Below are positions 17,870 to 25,683 of a stretch of DNA of 32,000 nucleotides, one piece after another. A model generated the notes under the pieces. That model was not told the origin of the DNA, searched no databases, and saw only the letters and a list, made by a program, of their open reading frames with translations. The stretch's first letter is position 1, and each line of letters starts with the position of its first letter. This stretch comes from Bacillota bacterium (GTDB lineage Bacteria; Bacillota; Bacilli; Bacillales; Bacillaceae_I): positions 289,947 to 321,946 of the forward strand of contig JBNJJQ010000002.1 in the NCBI GenBank assembly GCA_051750385.1, in the 5' to 3' direction. A program made the position numbers and the translations under genes.

Positions 17870-18911
17870 TATAGCTGACCGACTCCTGTAAAAAACTTTC
17901 CGCTGATATTTTAGATATTTGACCAGATTGGATCATTTCTTTTATATTCATTTCCAACGTATGCATACCTTGAGCTCGACTGGTCTGCATGACGTTTTGG
18001 ATTTGATGAATCTTTTCATTTCTTATCAGATTCCCAACAGCTGAGTTATTGATAAGGATTTCTGTTGCCACTTTCCTGGATTGTTTGTCTATAGATGGAA
18101 ACAATCGTTGAGAAATTATAGCCACAAGAACAGAAGCCAATTGAATCCGGATCTGTGGCTGCTGTGGACCAGGGAAGACGTCGATTATACGGTCAATTGT
18201 TGAAGGTGCACTTGTTGTGTGCAAAGTTCCAAGGACAAGATGTCCCGTTTCTGCAGCAGTAATAGCTGTCTGGATTGTCTCTAAATCTCTCATTTCCCCA
18301 ACCAAAATCACATCCGGATCCTGACGTAAGGAAGCACGTAACCCGTTTGCAAAAGATTTTGTATCAAAGCCGACCTCTCGTTGATCAATCATACATAAAT
18401 TATGCTTATGTAAGTACTCAATCGGGTCTTCTAGTGTAATAATATGTTTTTTGCTTGTACGATTCATAAAATCGATCATGGAAGCTAGTGTCGTAGACTT
18501 ACCGCTCCCTGTTGGTCCTGTCACCAGAATAAGTCCTTGCGGCTTTTCCACCAATTTTTGAAGTATTGTTGGAAGATCCAATACTTCTAAACTTGGCACA
18601 CTAGTAGGTATAATTCGAATGGCAAGCGCAATAGAGGATCTTTGTTTGTACGCATTGACCCTGAATCTAGAAATCCCGGGCAAACTGTAGGAAAAGTCCA
18701 ACTCTCCTTTATCCTCAAACGTCGACCACATAAAATCCGGAATCATTTCCTTCGCAATTTCAAGCGTATCCTCCGGCATTAGGATGGAGTCGCCGTACCG
18801 CTTTAAATCTCCATTAATCCGAAAAACAGGTGCAACCCCAACTGACAGATGAATATCCGATGCTTTATATTCATAAGCTGCATGCAGCCAATCTTGTAGT
18901 TTATTTATCAT
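17862..18911 (-). CDS. pilT: Type IV pilus retraction ATPase PilT
   Basis: ASDIHL, Walker A GPTGSGKST, the Asp box, Walker B ILVGEMRD and the His box GHLVLGTLHT are present. At about 350 aa with no N-terminal extension, it fits PilT. Confidence 0.92.
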   Translation of the reverse strand: MINKLQDWLHAAYEYKASDIHLSVGVAPVFRINGDLKRYGDSILMPEDTLEIAKEMIPDFMWSTFEDKGELDFSYSLPGISRFRVNAYKQRSSIALAIRIIPTSVPSLEVLDLPTILQKLVEKPQGLILVTGPTGSGKSTTLASMIDFMNRTSKKHIITLEDPIEYLHKHNLCMIDQREVGFDTKSFANGLRASLRQDPDVILVGEMRDLETIQTAITAAETGHLVLGTLHTTSAPSTIDRIIDVFPGPQQPQIRIQLASVLVAIISQRLFPSIDKQSRKVATEILINNSAVGNLIRNEKIHQIQNVMQTSRAQGMHTLEMNIKEMIQSGQISKISAESFLQESVSYNA

Positions 18912-18919
18912 AGTTTCAC

Positions 18920-20587
18920 CTATTCTTGTAAGGCAACACGCAGAATTTCTTCTGTCGTGGTTAGTCCTTGTATTACTTTCATCAGTCCGTCATCGATTAG
19001 AAATACGGTATCATGTTCCGCTGCTAGTTCACGAATTTTTGAAATTGGTTGATTGTTCATAACCACTTTTCTCATTTCATCGTTGATTACCAGTAATTCA
19101 TGGATGGCAATCCGGCCTTTGTATCCAGTCATATTACATGTGCCGCATCCCTTGCCACGCGATATTTTCTCAATGGTTAAGCCTCTTTTCGCAAAAATTT
19201 CTCTCTCACGGACAGTCGGCTCATCCTGCTTCATGCAATCCCGGCACACTTTCCGTACTAATCGTTGAGCAATTACACCATTTACAGAAGAAGCCACAAG
19301 AAAAGGTTCCACTTTCATATCTATTAGTCTTGTAACAGTACTGATCGAATCATTTGTATGAAGTGTACTTAATACGAGATGTCCAGTAAGTGACGCTCGT
19401 ATCGCTACTTCTGCCGTTTCTTTGTCCCGGATCTCCCCTACCATGATGATGTTTGGATCTTGGCGGAGAATAGCTCTGAGCCCCTTGGCAAATGACATAC
19501 CGACGTTTGTGTTCACCTGAATCTGATTGATGCCTTCAAGCTGGTATTCCACAGGGTCTTCCACTGTGATGATATTCACTTCTTCACTATTCAAATGGTT
19601 CAATGCTGCATATAAAGTGGATGATTTCCCTGAACCGGTTGGTCCTGTAATTAGAATAATGCCTGTTGGCTTGGTGATAAGCTCAATAAATCTCCCATAG
19701 TTCTTCGGGTTAAATCCCAATTGAGATAAATCATTTAATGTACTGCTCATATCCAATATACGCATTACCACTTTTTCCCCGTACACCGTCGGAAGAGTGG
19801 ACACACGGACATCCACTGGGTGATAATCAATATTTGTCTTGATTCGGCCGTCCTGAGGTACACGATGCTCTGTGATATCCATATTCCCAAGGATTTTAAT
19901 TCTTGCTATCAGGACATTTTGAGTATGCTTCGGTAAAGTCCTTTCGGTTTTCAAAACTCCATCAACACGATATCTTACGACAACTTTTGTTTCCTGAGGA
20001 TCGATATGTACGTCACTCGCACGTTGTTGCACAGCATTTTGGAGGATCTGATTGACTAAACGGACAACCGGCGAGTCATCTTCCGTAATCCTTTCATCCT
20101 CGATTTTTACCGAGGATACAGGCTCCAGAATATCCATAAACTCATCTATGGCATCAGTTACCTCATAGTATTTGTTGATGGAACGCAGAATATCATCCTT
20201 TGTTGCAATGACAGGTTCTATTTCAAAGCCTGTTGAAAGGCGTAAATCGTCTATCGAAAAATAGTCCATTGGATCTGCCATCGCCACATACAATTTATCC
20301 TGTTCTTTTTTTATCGGAATCAATAAATTCCGCTTTGCAAAATCTTTTGAAATGACATGCATTAGTTTTTCATCAAACGGGTACCGGTACAAACTTACAT
20401 GAGGTATTCCTAACTGGAATTCCAGCACTTCAATCAATTGTTGTTCAGTAATGTACCCTTTTTGAAGTAATGCATCCCCAAGCTTTTGACCCTTTATCTT
20501 TTCTTCCAATGTCAAGTGAAGCTGTTCCGATGTTATAATACCTGCATCAACTAATAGGTCACCTAATCTTTTCCGTGTATCGTTCAT
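18920..20587 (-). CDS. pilB: Type IV pilus assembly ATPase PilB (GspE family) with N-terminal T2SSE_N/MshEN-like domain
   Basis: Walker A GPTGSGKSS, Walker B IMVGEIRD and GHLVLSTLHT are present, as is the tetra-Cys motif CRDC...CGTC. The N-terminus contains RLGDLLVDAGIITSEQL...KLGDALLQKGYITEQQL. ATG 20587 is preferred because AAAGGA lies 8 nt upstream. ATG 20596 abuts the RBS. Confidence 0.93.
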   Translation of the reverse strand: MNDTRKRLGDLLVDAGIITSEQLHLTLEEKIKGQKLGDALLQKGYITEQQLIEVLEFQLGIPHVSLYRYPFDEKLMHVISKDFAKRNLLIPIKKEQDKLYVAMADPMDYFSIDDLRLSTGFEIEPVIATKDDILRSINKYYEVTDAIDEFMDILEPVSSVKIEDERITEDDSPVVRLVNQILQNAVQQRASDVHIDPQETKVVVRYRVDGVLKTERTLPKHTQNVLIARIKILGNMDITEHRVPQDGRIKTNIDYHPVDVRVSTLPTVYGEKVVMRILDMSSTLNDLSQLGFNPKNYGRFIELITKPTGIILITGPTGSGKSSTLYAALNHLNSEEVNIITVEDPVEYQLEGINQIQVNTNVGMSFAKGLRAILRQDPNIIMVGEIRDKETAEVAIRASLTGHLVLSTLHTNDSISTVTRLIDMKVEPFLVASSVNGVIAQRLVRKVCRDCMKQDEPTVREREIFAKRGLTIEKISRGKGCGTCNMTGYKGRIAIHELLVINDEMRKVVMNNQPISKIRELAAEHDTVFLIDDGLMKVIQGLTTTEEILRVALQE

Positions 20588-20620
20588 TGTGGTCATCCTT
20601 TACGTTGCAAATTAGTTGGT

Positions 20621-22021
20621 CTATTTCCCTCCAGGATATGAAGGGTTGTTTCCAGCATTATTGCCAGTACCATTACTGTTACCTGTACCGGAATTTGATG
20701 TGTTGCCAGTCGTACCGGTGTTTTCTGTGTTAGATCCACCGTTGTTATTTGATCCAGTATTGTTGCTATTGCCGTTGTTTGTACCATTGTTCGATCCGCT
20801 ATTGGTACCTCCAGTATTATTGCTACCGGAATTAGAATCTGGCGCAGTTACTATTGGATTATTTGGACTCTCAGGCATGGTTGGAACTTCTGGCTTTATT
20901 AAGCTATGAACCTCGACCCTATGTACTGGAGCATAAAAATCCTGTGCAATAAGAGTTGTATCCAATATTTCTCCATCACTTCCTAAAGCATTCCTCACAA
21001 TAACAGCATATTCCCCTGACTTGCCCGCTTCCTTCACTTGTTTTTGATTCCTTTGCACAATTGGTGAATATTGAACAATCGTCTTTGGCTCAAAGGTTTC
21101 TATTTTCTCTTCGATAATTTCGTACGAAAAGGCAAGTGGTTGGCCTGTAATGCCTCCTGAAATACTATTTATAGCTATTGATACATCTATCGTCAGGACA
21201 TGATTGTTGGGATTAAATAATTGAAGATCCATTATTCCTTTGCTATACGCTGCTTCATAACCTGCTTCCGCATATTCTGGTAATTCTTTGGATATATGCC
21301 GCTCAACTATTTCCACATTCGTTGGAAGAGCTAACTGATATAATAGAGTTGCCAATATCCCACCGCTCTCTTGGCTCAAAGTTATGCCCTCTTGAATCAA
21401 CCAGTCTTCCAACGAGAAGGTAGAGCCGGGCTCAAGATTGATAACTGATATTTCTCCCATTTCTACTAAAATATCTGCGTCCACCATCAGATTTTCTTCA
21501 TGCAAAACTTCATCTGTACTAGAAACTTCAAAAAAATAATCCAATATGGGAAAATTCGAGTCTTCTTCTATTAATTTCGAAGCAATGGAAACTATGTCAA
21601 TTTTTAGTTTTTCCATGTAAACTTCTGTATTTATTTCTGAGTTGCCTGTCAACTGTTCAATGGTTTTCAAAAATACAGAATCAGGAAGAGTGACAAATAA
21701 AGTATTTCCATTTCCATCAATTGCTTCTTCAACAGATTTTTCAATATGAAACTCAAATTCTTTTTTATCTATGGAGGCGATTTCTCCGGACCATTCCAAA
21801 TAAATCATGCCCTTTTCTCTCCATGTTTCAACAGCCAACTCCAACTCATTTATTGCTTCAGCCCTGGACTTATTCTCTACCAGCTCCGTACCGATTAATG
21901 TTTCGCTTTGGAAATTTTTCGTTAATATCTTATCAGCCACAAAGGTTGGACCAAATTGTCCAGTTAGAAATACAAGTAGAGTTCCTATTAACAGTACACC
22001 GAAAAGCTTTAAACCTTGCAT
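20621..22021 (-). CDS. Membrane-anchored VanW-like + G5-like domain protein with Asn/Gly/Ser/Thr-rich C-terminal tail (no Cys)
   Basis: It has an N-terminal TM segment. The segment PGSTFSL...SGGILATLLYQLALPTNVEIVERHISK...DLQLFNPNNHVLTI parallels the VanW family pattern (PGxTFSF...GGGxCQxSSTLY...EIxERxxHS...DxxFxN), recalled from memory. The following segment (KQVKEAGKSGEYAVIVRN...HRVEV) looks G5-like. ATG 22021 is preceded by GGGGGA. Only 24 nt separate its stop from pilB. Confidence 0.65.
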   Translation of the reverse strand: MQGLKLFGVLLIGTLLVFLTGQFGPTFVADKILTKNFQSETLIGTELVENKSRAEAINELELAVETWREKGMIYLEWSGEIASIDKKEFEFHIEKSVEEAIDGNGNTLFVTLPDSVFLKTIEQLTGNSEINTEVYMEKLKIDIVSIASKLIEEDSNFPILDYFFEVSSTDEVLHEENLMVDADILVEMGEISVINLEPGSTFSLEDWLIQEGITLSQESGGILATLLYQLALPTNVEIVERHISKELPEYAEAGYEAAYSKGIMDLQLFNPNNHVLTIDVSIAINSISGGITGQPLAFSYEIIEEKIETFEPKTIVQYSPIVQRNQKQVKEAGKSGEYAVIVRNALGSDGEILDTTLIAQDFYAPVHRVEVHSLIKPEVPTMPESPNNPIVTAPDSNSGSNNTGGTNSGSNNGTNNGNSNNTGSNNNGGSNTENTGTTGNTSNSGTGNSNGTGNNAGNNPSYPGGK

Positions 22022-22060
22022 TTTATATCCCCCAATCACGGCTTCTTTCTAATCTATCGC

Positions 22061-22438
22061 CTACTTTAACGTCAAATCATCAGATAGTGCTTCTAATTTC
22101 TTCTCATTTTTCTCAGGATTGGAAGATTTGAGAAAATAAGAATCATTTTCTTCAATTCCGGTTTCAACATTTTGTTTTCTTTTCAATACATTTTTATTGG
22201 TATGGTACATAAAGGGACGCTTCTGAAGAAATATCGTAGCAAGTAAAAGCAGAAGTAGGATGAGTAATAGTGAATGCCAAGGAGTAAATAGCTGCTGAAT
22301 GGAAGAACCTATTATGCTTGCAAATAGAATTATAGTTGCTACCGTTATTTTACCTTTTAAACTAAATCCAAATGAAAATTTAAAAAGAATTGCTAAAAAA
22401 ATAAAAAAAACAAGTAAAACCATTAAGTATGTAAGCAA
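22061..22438 (-). CDS. Small hypothetical membrane protein (about 3 TM) at the head of the pilB-side operon
   Basis: This is a 125-aa ORF with hydrophobic segments and a polar, charged C-terminal half. Translation signals are weak: a TTG start after GTGGTG, or ATG 22423 with no SD. It fills the only gap between the divergent control region and the VanW-like gene. Confidence 0.4.
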   Translation of the reverse strand: MLTYLMVLLVFFIFLAILFKFSFGFSLKGKITVATIILFASIIGSSIQQLFTPWHSLLLILLLLLLATIFLQKRPFMYHTNKNVLKRKQNVETGIEENDSYFLKSSNPEKNEKKLEALSDDLTLK

Positions 22439-22477
22439 ATTCGCACCACTTTTCTATATTTTTTACAAAATTTGTAG

Positions 22478-22506
22478 AAGTAAGTAAGATATTGTTATTG
22501 TATAAT
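22478..22506 (+). promoter_or_regulatory. Candidate promoter of the minor-pilin operon
   Basis: A perfect TATAAT lies at 22501..22506, 34 nt upstream of ATG 22540. At 17-nt spacing only a poor -35 (AAGTAA) is found. Confidence 0.35.
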
Positions 22507-22525
22507 AAATATAGGTAATTTGAAA
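22497..22525 (-). promoter_or_regulatory. Candidate divergent promoter of the pilB-side operon
   Basis: The minus strand reads TTTCAA (22525..22520), a 17-nt spacer, then TACAAT (22502..22497). This -10 element physically overlaps the plus-strand TATAAT. Confidence 0.3.
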
Positions 22526-22539
22526 TAGGAGAATCATAG

Positions 22540-23247
22540 ATGAAAAAACTTTTTGAAGAAGAAAGAGGCTTTACATTATTAGAAGTATTAATATCGATGA
22601 CCATCCTTTCTGTCGTAGTAATTGGAATGATGAGCTTCTTTGAGAACAGTTACAGTTACGTCAAAGAAAATGAATCAAAAACAGTCGCGACCCAGGTAGC
22701 CAGAAATGTAATGAACTATGTTGAAAAACAGGATTTCTCTAAAATGGAAGGTTATTTAATATACGAGAGAATTCCCCTTGAAAATAAATACATACTCGAA
22801 TTGGATTTCACACATTGTATACAACCAGTCACCATATCAACAAAAAGTCTCCCTTCCGTTACTGAACGAACTAATATTGACAATGTATTATTGTTTGATG
22901 ATCAAGCACGTTGCCAATCCATCTTAAAGCCAACCATTAATAATGTAACCTATGATGGAGACAAAAAAGTACAAATTTACATTATGAAATATAATAATAC
23001 TGAAGAAATACTTAGATTGAAAGTTCTTATAGAACAGAATAATCATGTCATTAATGAATTACCAGATGGGATAAAAGAATTTATTTTAAACTATGATGAA
23101 GATCTTGATAAGTTTAAACCGAGTGAATTTTCAGAAAAAGAATTCATGGATGAGCATCTGCTCCGAGTATTCACCGTTTTGAACTGGAATGAAGACCGGG
23201 AAGAAGTAATGATTCAAGGAGTCCTATCTCATGAAACTATTCGATAG
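22540..23247 (+). CDS. Minor pilin (prepilin-type N-terminal cleavage/methylation domain)
   Basis: MKKLFEEERG followed by FTLLEVLISMTILSVVVIG is a canonical class III signal (Gly-1, Phe+1, Glu+5). The RBS AGGAG is present. Confidence 0.8.
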   Translation: MKKLFEEERGFTLLEVLISMTILSVVVIGMMSFFENSYSYVKENESKTVATQVARNVMNYVEKQDFSKMEGYLIYERIPLENKYILELDFTHCIQPVTISTKSLPSVTERTNIDNVLLFDDQARCQSILKPTINNVTYDGDKKVQIYIMKYNNTEEILRLKVLIEQNNHVINELPDGIKEFILNYDEDLDKFKPSEFSEKEFMDEHLLRVFTVLNWNEDREEVMIQGVLSHETIR

Positions 23248-23890
23248 ATTAAAAGATGAACAAGGTGTTACTCTTTATGAATTGCTGGCAGTGCTAGTTA
23301 TTAGCGGAGTTGTGTTGAGCTCCATTTACGGAGTCTTTATAACCGGGGTAAACCTATATAAAAAAATTGGAATTGAGAGTCAACTTAAAGAAGAGGCAGA
23401 TATTATTGTTGCCACAGTTTTGAACGAGTTTTACGCCTATTCTCCTGATGATGTGGAATATAATGCAAATAGTAATGAGTTGATATTAGCCAAGTTCAGA
23501 CAGGTCGAGATTAGCGATAAAGACTTTGTAACATCTACCTTTGACAAAGATGAGATGAACCGTAAGGCTATTATTCGCATCAACGACTCTCTTTCATCGG
23601 TCGGTAAAGATGTTTTCCTTGATACGAAAGAAATACCAGAAGACAGTGAACCAGATTTGATTGAAAAAACATTAAAGATTAATAATGAAAAATACCTTTT
23701 GTTACCTGTGCAAGATAGCACGGGCAGCGATTTGCCTATCATCGATTTTACCTGTACCTCCCATTCAAAATCACAGTGCAATGGGGGCATTGTTTCTTTT
23801 CATTTTCAAATCGCACATGAAAACTATAGCGATAAAGCCAATAGATTGTATGTGGAACCGATAGAATTTTATAGTCAATTCGGCTTTTAA
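23231..23890 (+). CDS. Minor pilin (prepilin-type N-terminal domain, Val+1)
   Basis: MKLFDRLKDEQG is followed by VTLYELLAVLVISGVVL, with Gly-1 and Glu+5. The RBS AAGGAG is present. It overlaps the upstream gene by 17 nt. Confidence 0.75.
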   Translation: MKLFDRLKDEQGVTLYELLAVLVISGVVLSSIYGVFITGVNLYKKIGIESQLKEEADIIVATVLNEFYAYSPDDVEYNANSNELILAKFRQVEISDKDFVTSTFDKDEMNRKAIIRINDSLSSVGKDVFLDTKEIPEDSEPDLIEKTLKINNEKYLLLPVQDSTGSDLPIIDFTCTSHSKSQCNGGIVSFHFQIAHENYSDKANRLYVEPIEFYSQFGF

Positions 23891-23908
23891 GTAGAATGAG
23901 GTGTACCA

Positions 23909-25636
23909 ATGAATGAAAAAGGATCCAGTTTATTAGTAGTACTTATTACAGTCTCGATTTTTATGATACTTGGAGTTTCCATATTAACCGTGGCACTAGG
24001 TGGAGCTTTGAGAACACAAATCCAGTTAGATCGCTATGAAAACATTTATGAAGGAAAAGAACAACTGGATTTTGTTATTTCTAGATTTAAAGAAGAAGTC
24101 ATAAATATCCCCCTCAATACAGAAGATCTTCCTCATGAATATCAAAATCGGTTGGACCAAGCTTTAAATAGTTTAGCCGCTTACGAAAACTTCAATGCCG
24201 AGGATATGACAGAAACCTATGTCGCTGATAAAAGTGAATTATTCACAAGAGTATACGAGTTTTCAATTGTGGCTGGTGAAGGGAATGCGAAAAAAACAAT
24301 AAAAAAACAAGTCATATTATCACCTGCTCCAAGTTTCCTGGATTATGCCCTCGGCTCCTTTGGTGAAGGTGATGACGAAGGATTATTACTGGTAAACGGG
24401 TCACCAAATGTGGATGGGGATGTCATTGCCAACAATCTGCATATTAAAAATGAAGCTGAGTTTATTGATCAGGATGGAGAGAATACTGCCTCTACACCAT
24501 TCCCCGCAATTAGCGGAAACATTAATATTCAAAAGATGTTGAGCCTTTGGGATACCAAGACCTTACAACCTATAAAATTTACAGCTGAACATTTGCAAAC
24601 CGATCAGATTCTTTCCAGCTTCTTTTATAACTTCATCAAGCCTGATATCTATTCAAGGTCTGAAGATTTTGTAGATGTTAACTTTGATCAAACATATCTT
24701 GATAAACTAAATGAACTTCTAGTTTTGCCGAGCAGCTCTGTTACTTCTGATGAACTGTTGGATGACAATTCATTAAATGAAATCCGAAACAAGATAGCTC
24801 AACAATTACCTGAAAGTAATTTACCTCCTGATTTGATTGAAAACGATATTTTATTGGATGCAGGGACAATTAATAGTATCCCCGGGCGAATCGTCTACCA
24901 TGATTCAGTTCAGGTATACAGTGCTATCGAGCAAATTAACATCAATAAGCCAATGGTGATAAATGGAGATTTAACTCTCACTTCCGGACTAAACAACCCA
25001 ATTTCCATTACCCAGCCACTGACCGTAATTGGGGACCTTACTATTAATATTACAGACACTCCAATTGATATTAGTGGGACTGTCATTGTATTCGGCGACC
25101 TGATAATAAATGGTAACGAAGAGGCGGTTGGAAGCGGTGCAGAGAACGATACGATAAAATTTGATTCGACCATCTATACATGGGGAAGCAGCTATATATC
25201 TAATACAAATATTGAAGGTATTGACCAAGAAAAACAACTGGTTCTCTTTTCAAAAGGCGAATTGACTATTACCAGAATAAATGAATTCCGTAGATTTTCC
25301 ATGGAACAAGATAACCAAAATATCTATGATCTAGGTAATGAAACCATTCCTTTAAAAGCATTCTTTTATACAGAAAATAATGCAACTTTATACGGGGTAG
25401 GTTCCATGTTTCACATTAATGGAGGATTATTTGCCAAGAAAACGTTAGAGATAAATGCCATACGAGGCAATATCAATCGAAGTAATACACTAACACCTCT
25501 TTCAGATCAATTTCAACTTAATAAGAAAACTCGTTTTCAAATTGTACATGATCCGAATGTTCTTGTCAGTCAGGTGTCAAGGTTGCCTGTGGCTGATCGT
25601 CTAAGAGTTATCGTAAGTGAAACTTCCATTAAATAA
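23909..25636 (+). CDS. Large PilX/GspK/PilK-like minor pilin lacking Glu+5, with a repetitive beta-rich C-terminal region
   Basis: MNEKG is followed by SSLLVVLITVSIFMILGVSILTVALGG, a hydrophobic PilX_N-like N-terminus with Val at +5. It is the third gene of the minor-pilin operon. The RBS GAGGTG is present. GD(L/V)xI-type repeats recur (NGDLTLT, VIGDLTINIT, VFGDLIING). Confidence 0.6.
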   Translation: MNEKGSSLLVVLITVSIFMILGVSILTVALGGALRTQIQLDRYENIYEGKEQLDFVISRFKEEVINIPLNTEDLPHEYQNRLDQALNSLAAYENFNAEDMTETYVADKSELFTRVYEFSIVAGEGNAKKTIKKQVILSPAPSFLDYALGSFGEGDDEGLLLVNGSPNVDGDVIANNLHIKNEAEFIDQDGENTASTPFPAISGNINIQKMLSLWDTKTLQPIKFTAEHLQTDQILSSFFYNFIKPDIYSRSEDFVDVNFDQTYLDKLNELLVLPSSSVTSDELLDDNSLNEIRNKIAQQLPESNLPPDLIENDILLDAGTINSIPGRIVYHDSVQVYSAIEQININKPMVINGDLTLTSGLNNPISITQPLTVIGDLTINITDTPIDISGTVIVFGDLIINGNEEAVGSGAENDTIKFDSTIYTWGSSYISNTNIEGIDQEKQLVLFSKGELTITRINEFRRFSMEQDNQNIYDLGNETIPLKAFFYTENNATLYGVGSMFHINGGLFAKKTLEINAIRGNINRSNTLTPLSDQFQLNKKTRFQIVHDPNVLVSQVSRLPVADRLRVIVSETSIK

Positions 25637-25640
25637 TAGG

Positions 25641-25680
25641 AAAGAGGACAACCCTTTTGTATACTTGGGTTGTCCTCTCT
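25641..25680. terminator. Bidirectional terminator between the convergent minor-pilin operon and the vWA gene
   Basis: A 12-bp stem AGAGGACAACCC (25643..25654) pairs with GGGTTGTCCTCT (25667..25678). Both sides are flanked by T-rich sequence on the relevant strand. Confidence 0.7.
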
Positions 25681-25683
25681 TTA

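Noticed and set aside
20593-20909. ORFs 20593..20787 (-) and 20616..20909 (+) in the low-complexity region.
   Set aside because: They are alternative-frame readings of the N/G/S/T-rich tail of the VanW-like gene (Pro/Leu/Val-rich or Thr/Val-rich shadows). They have no independent signals.
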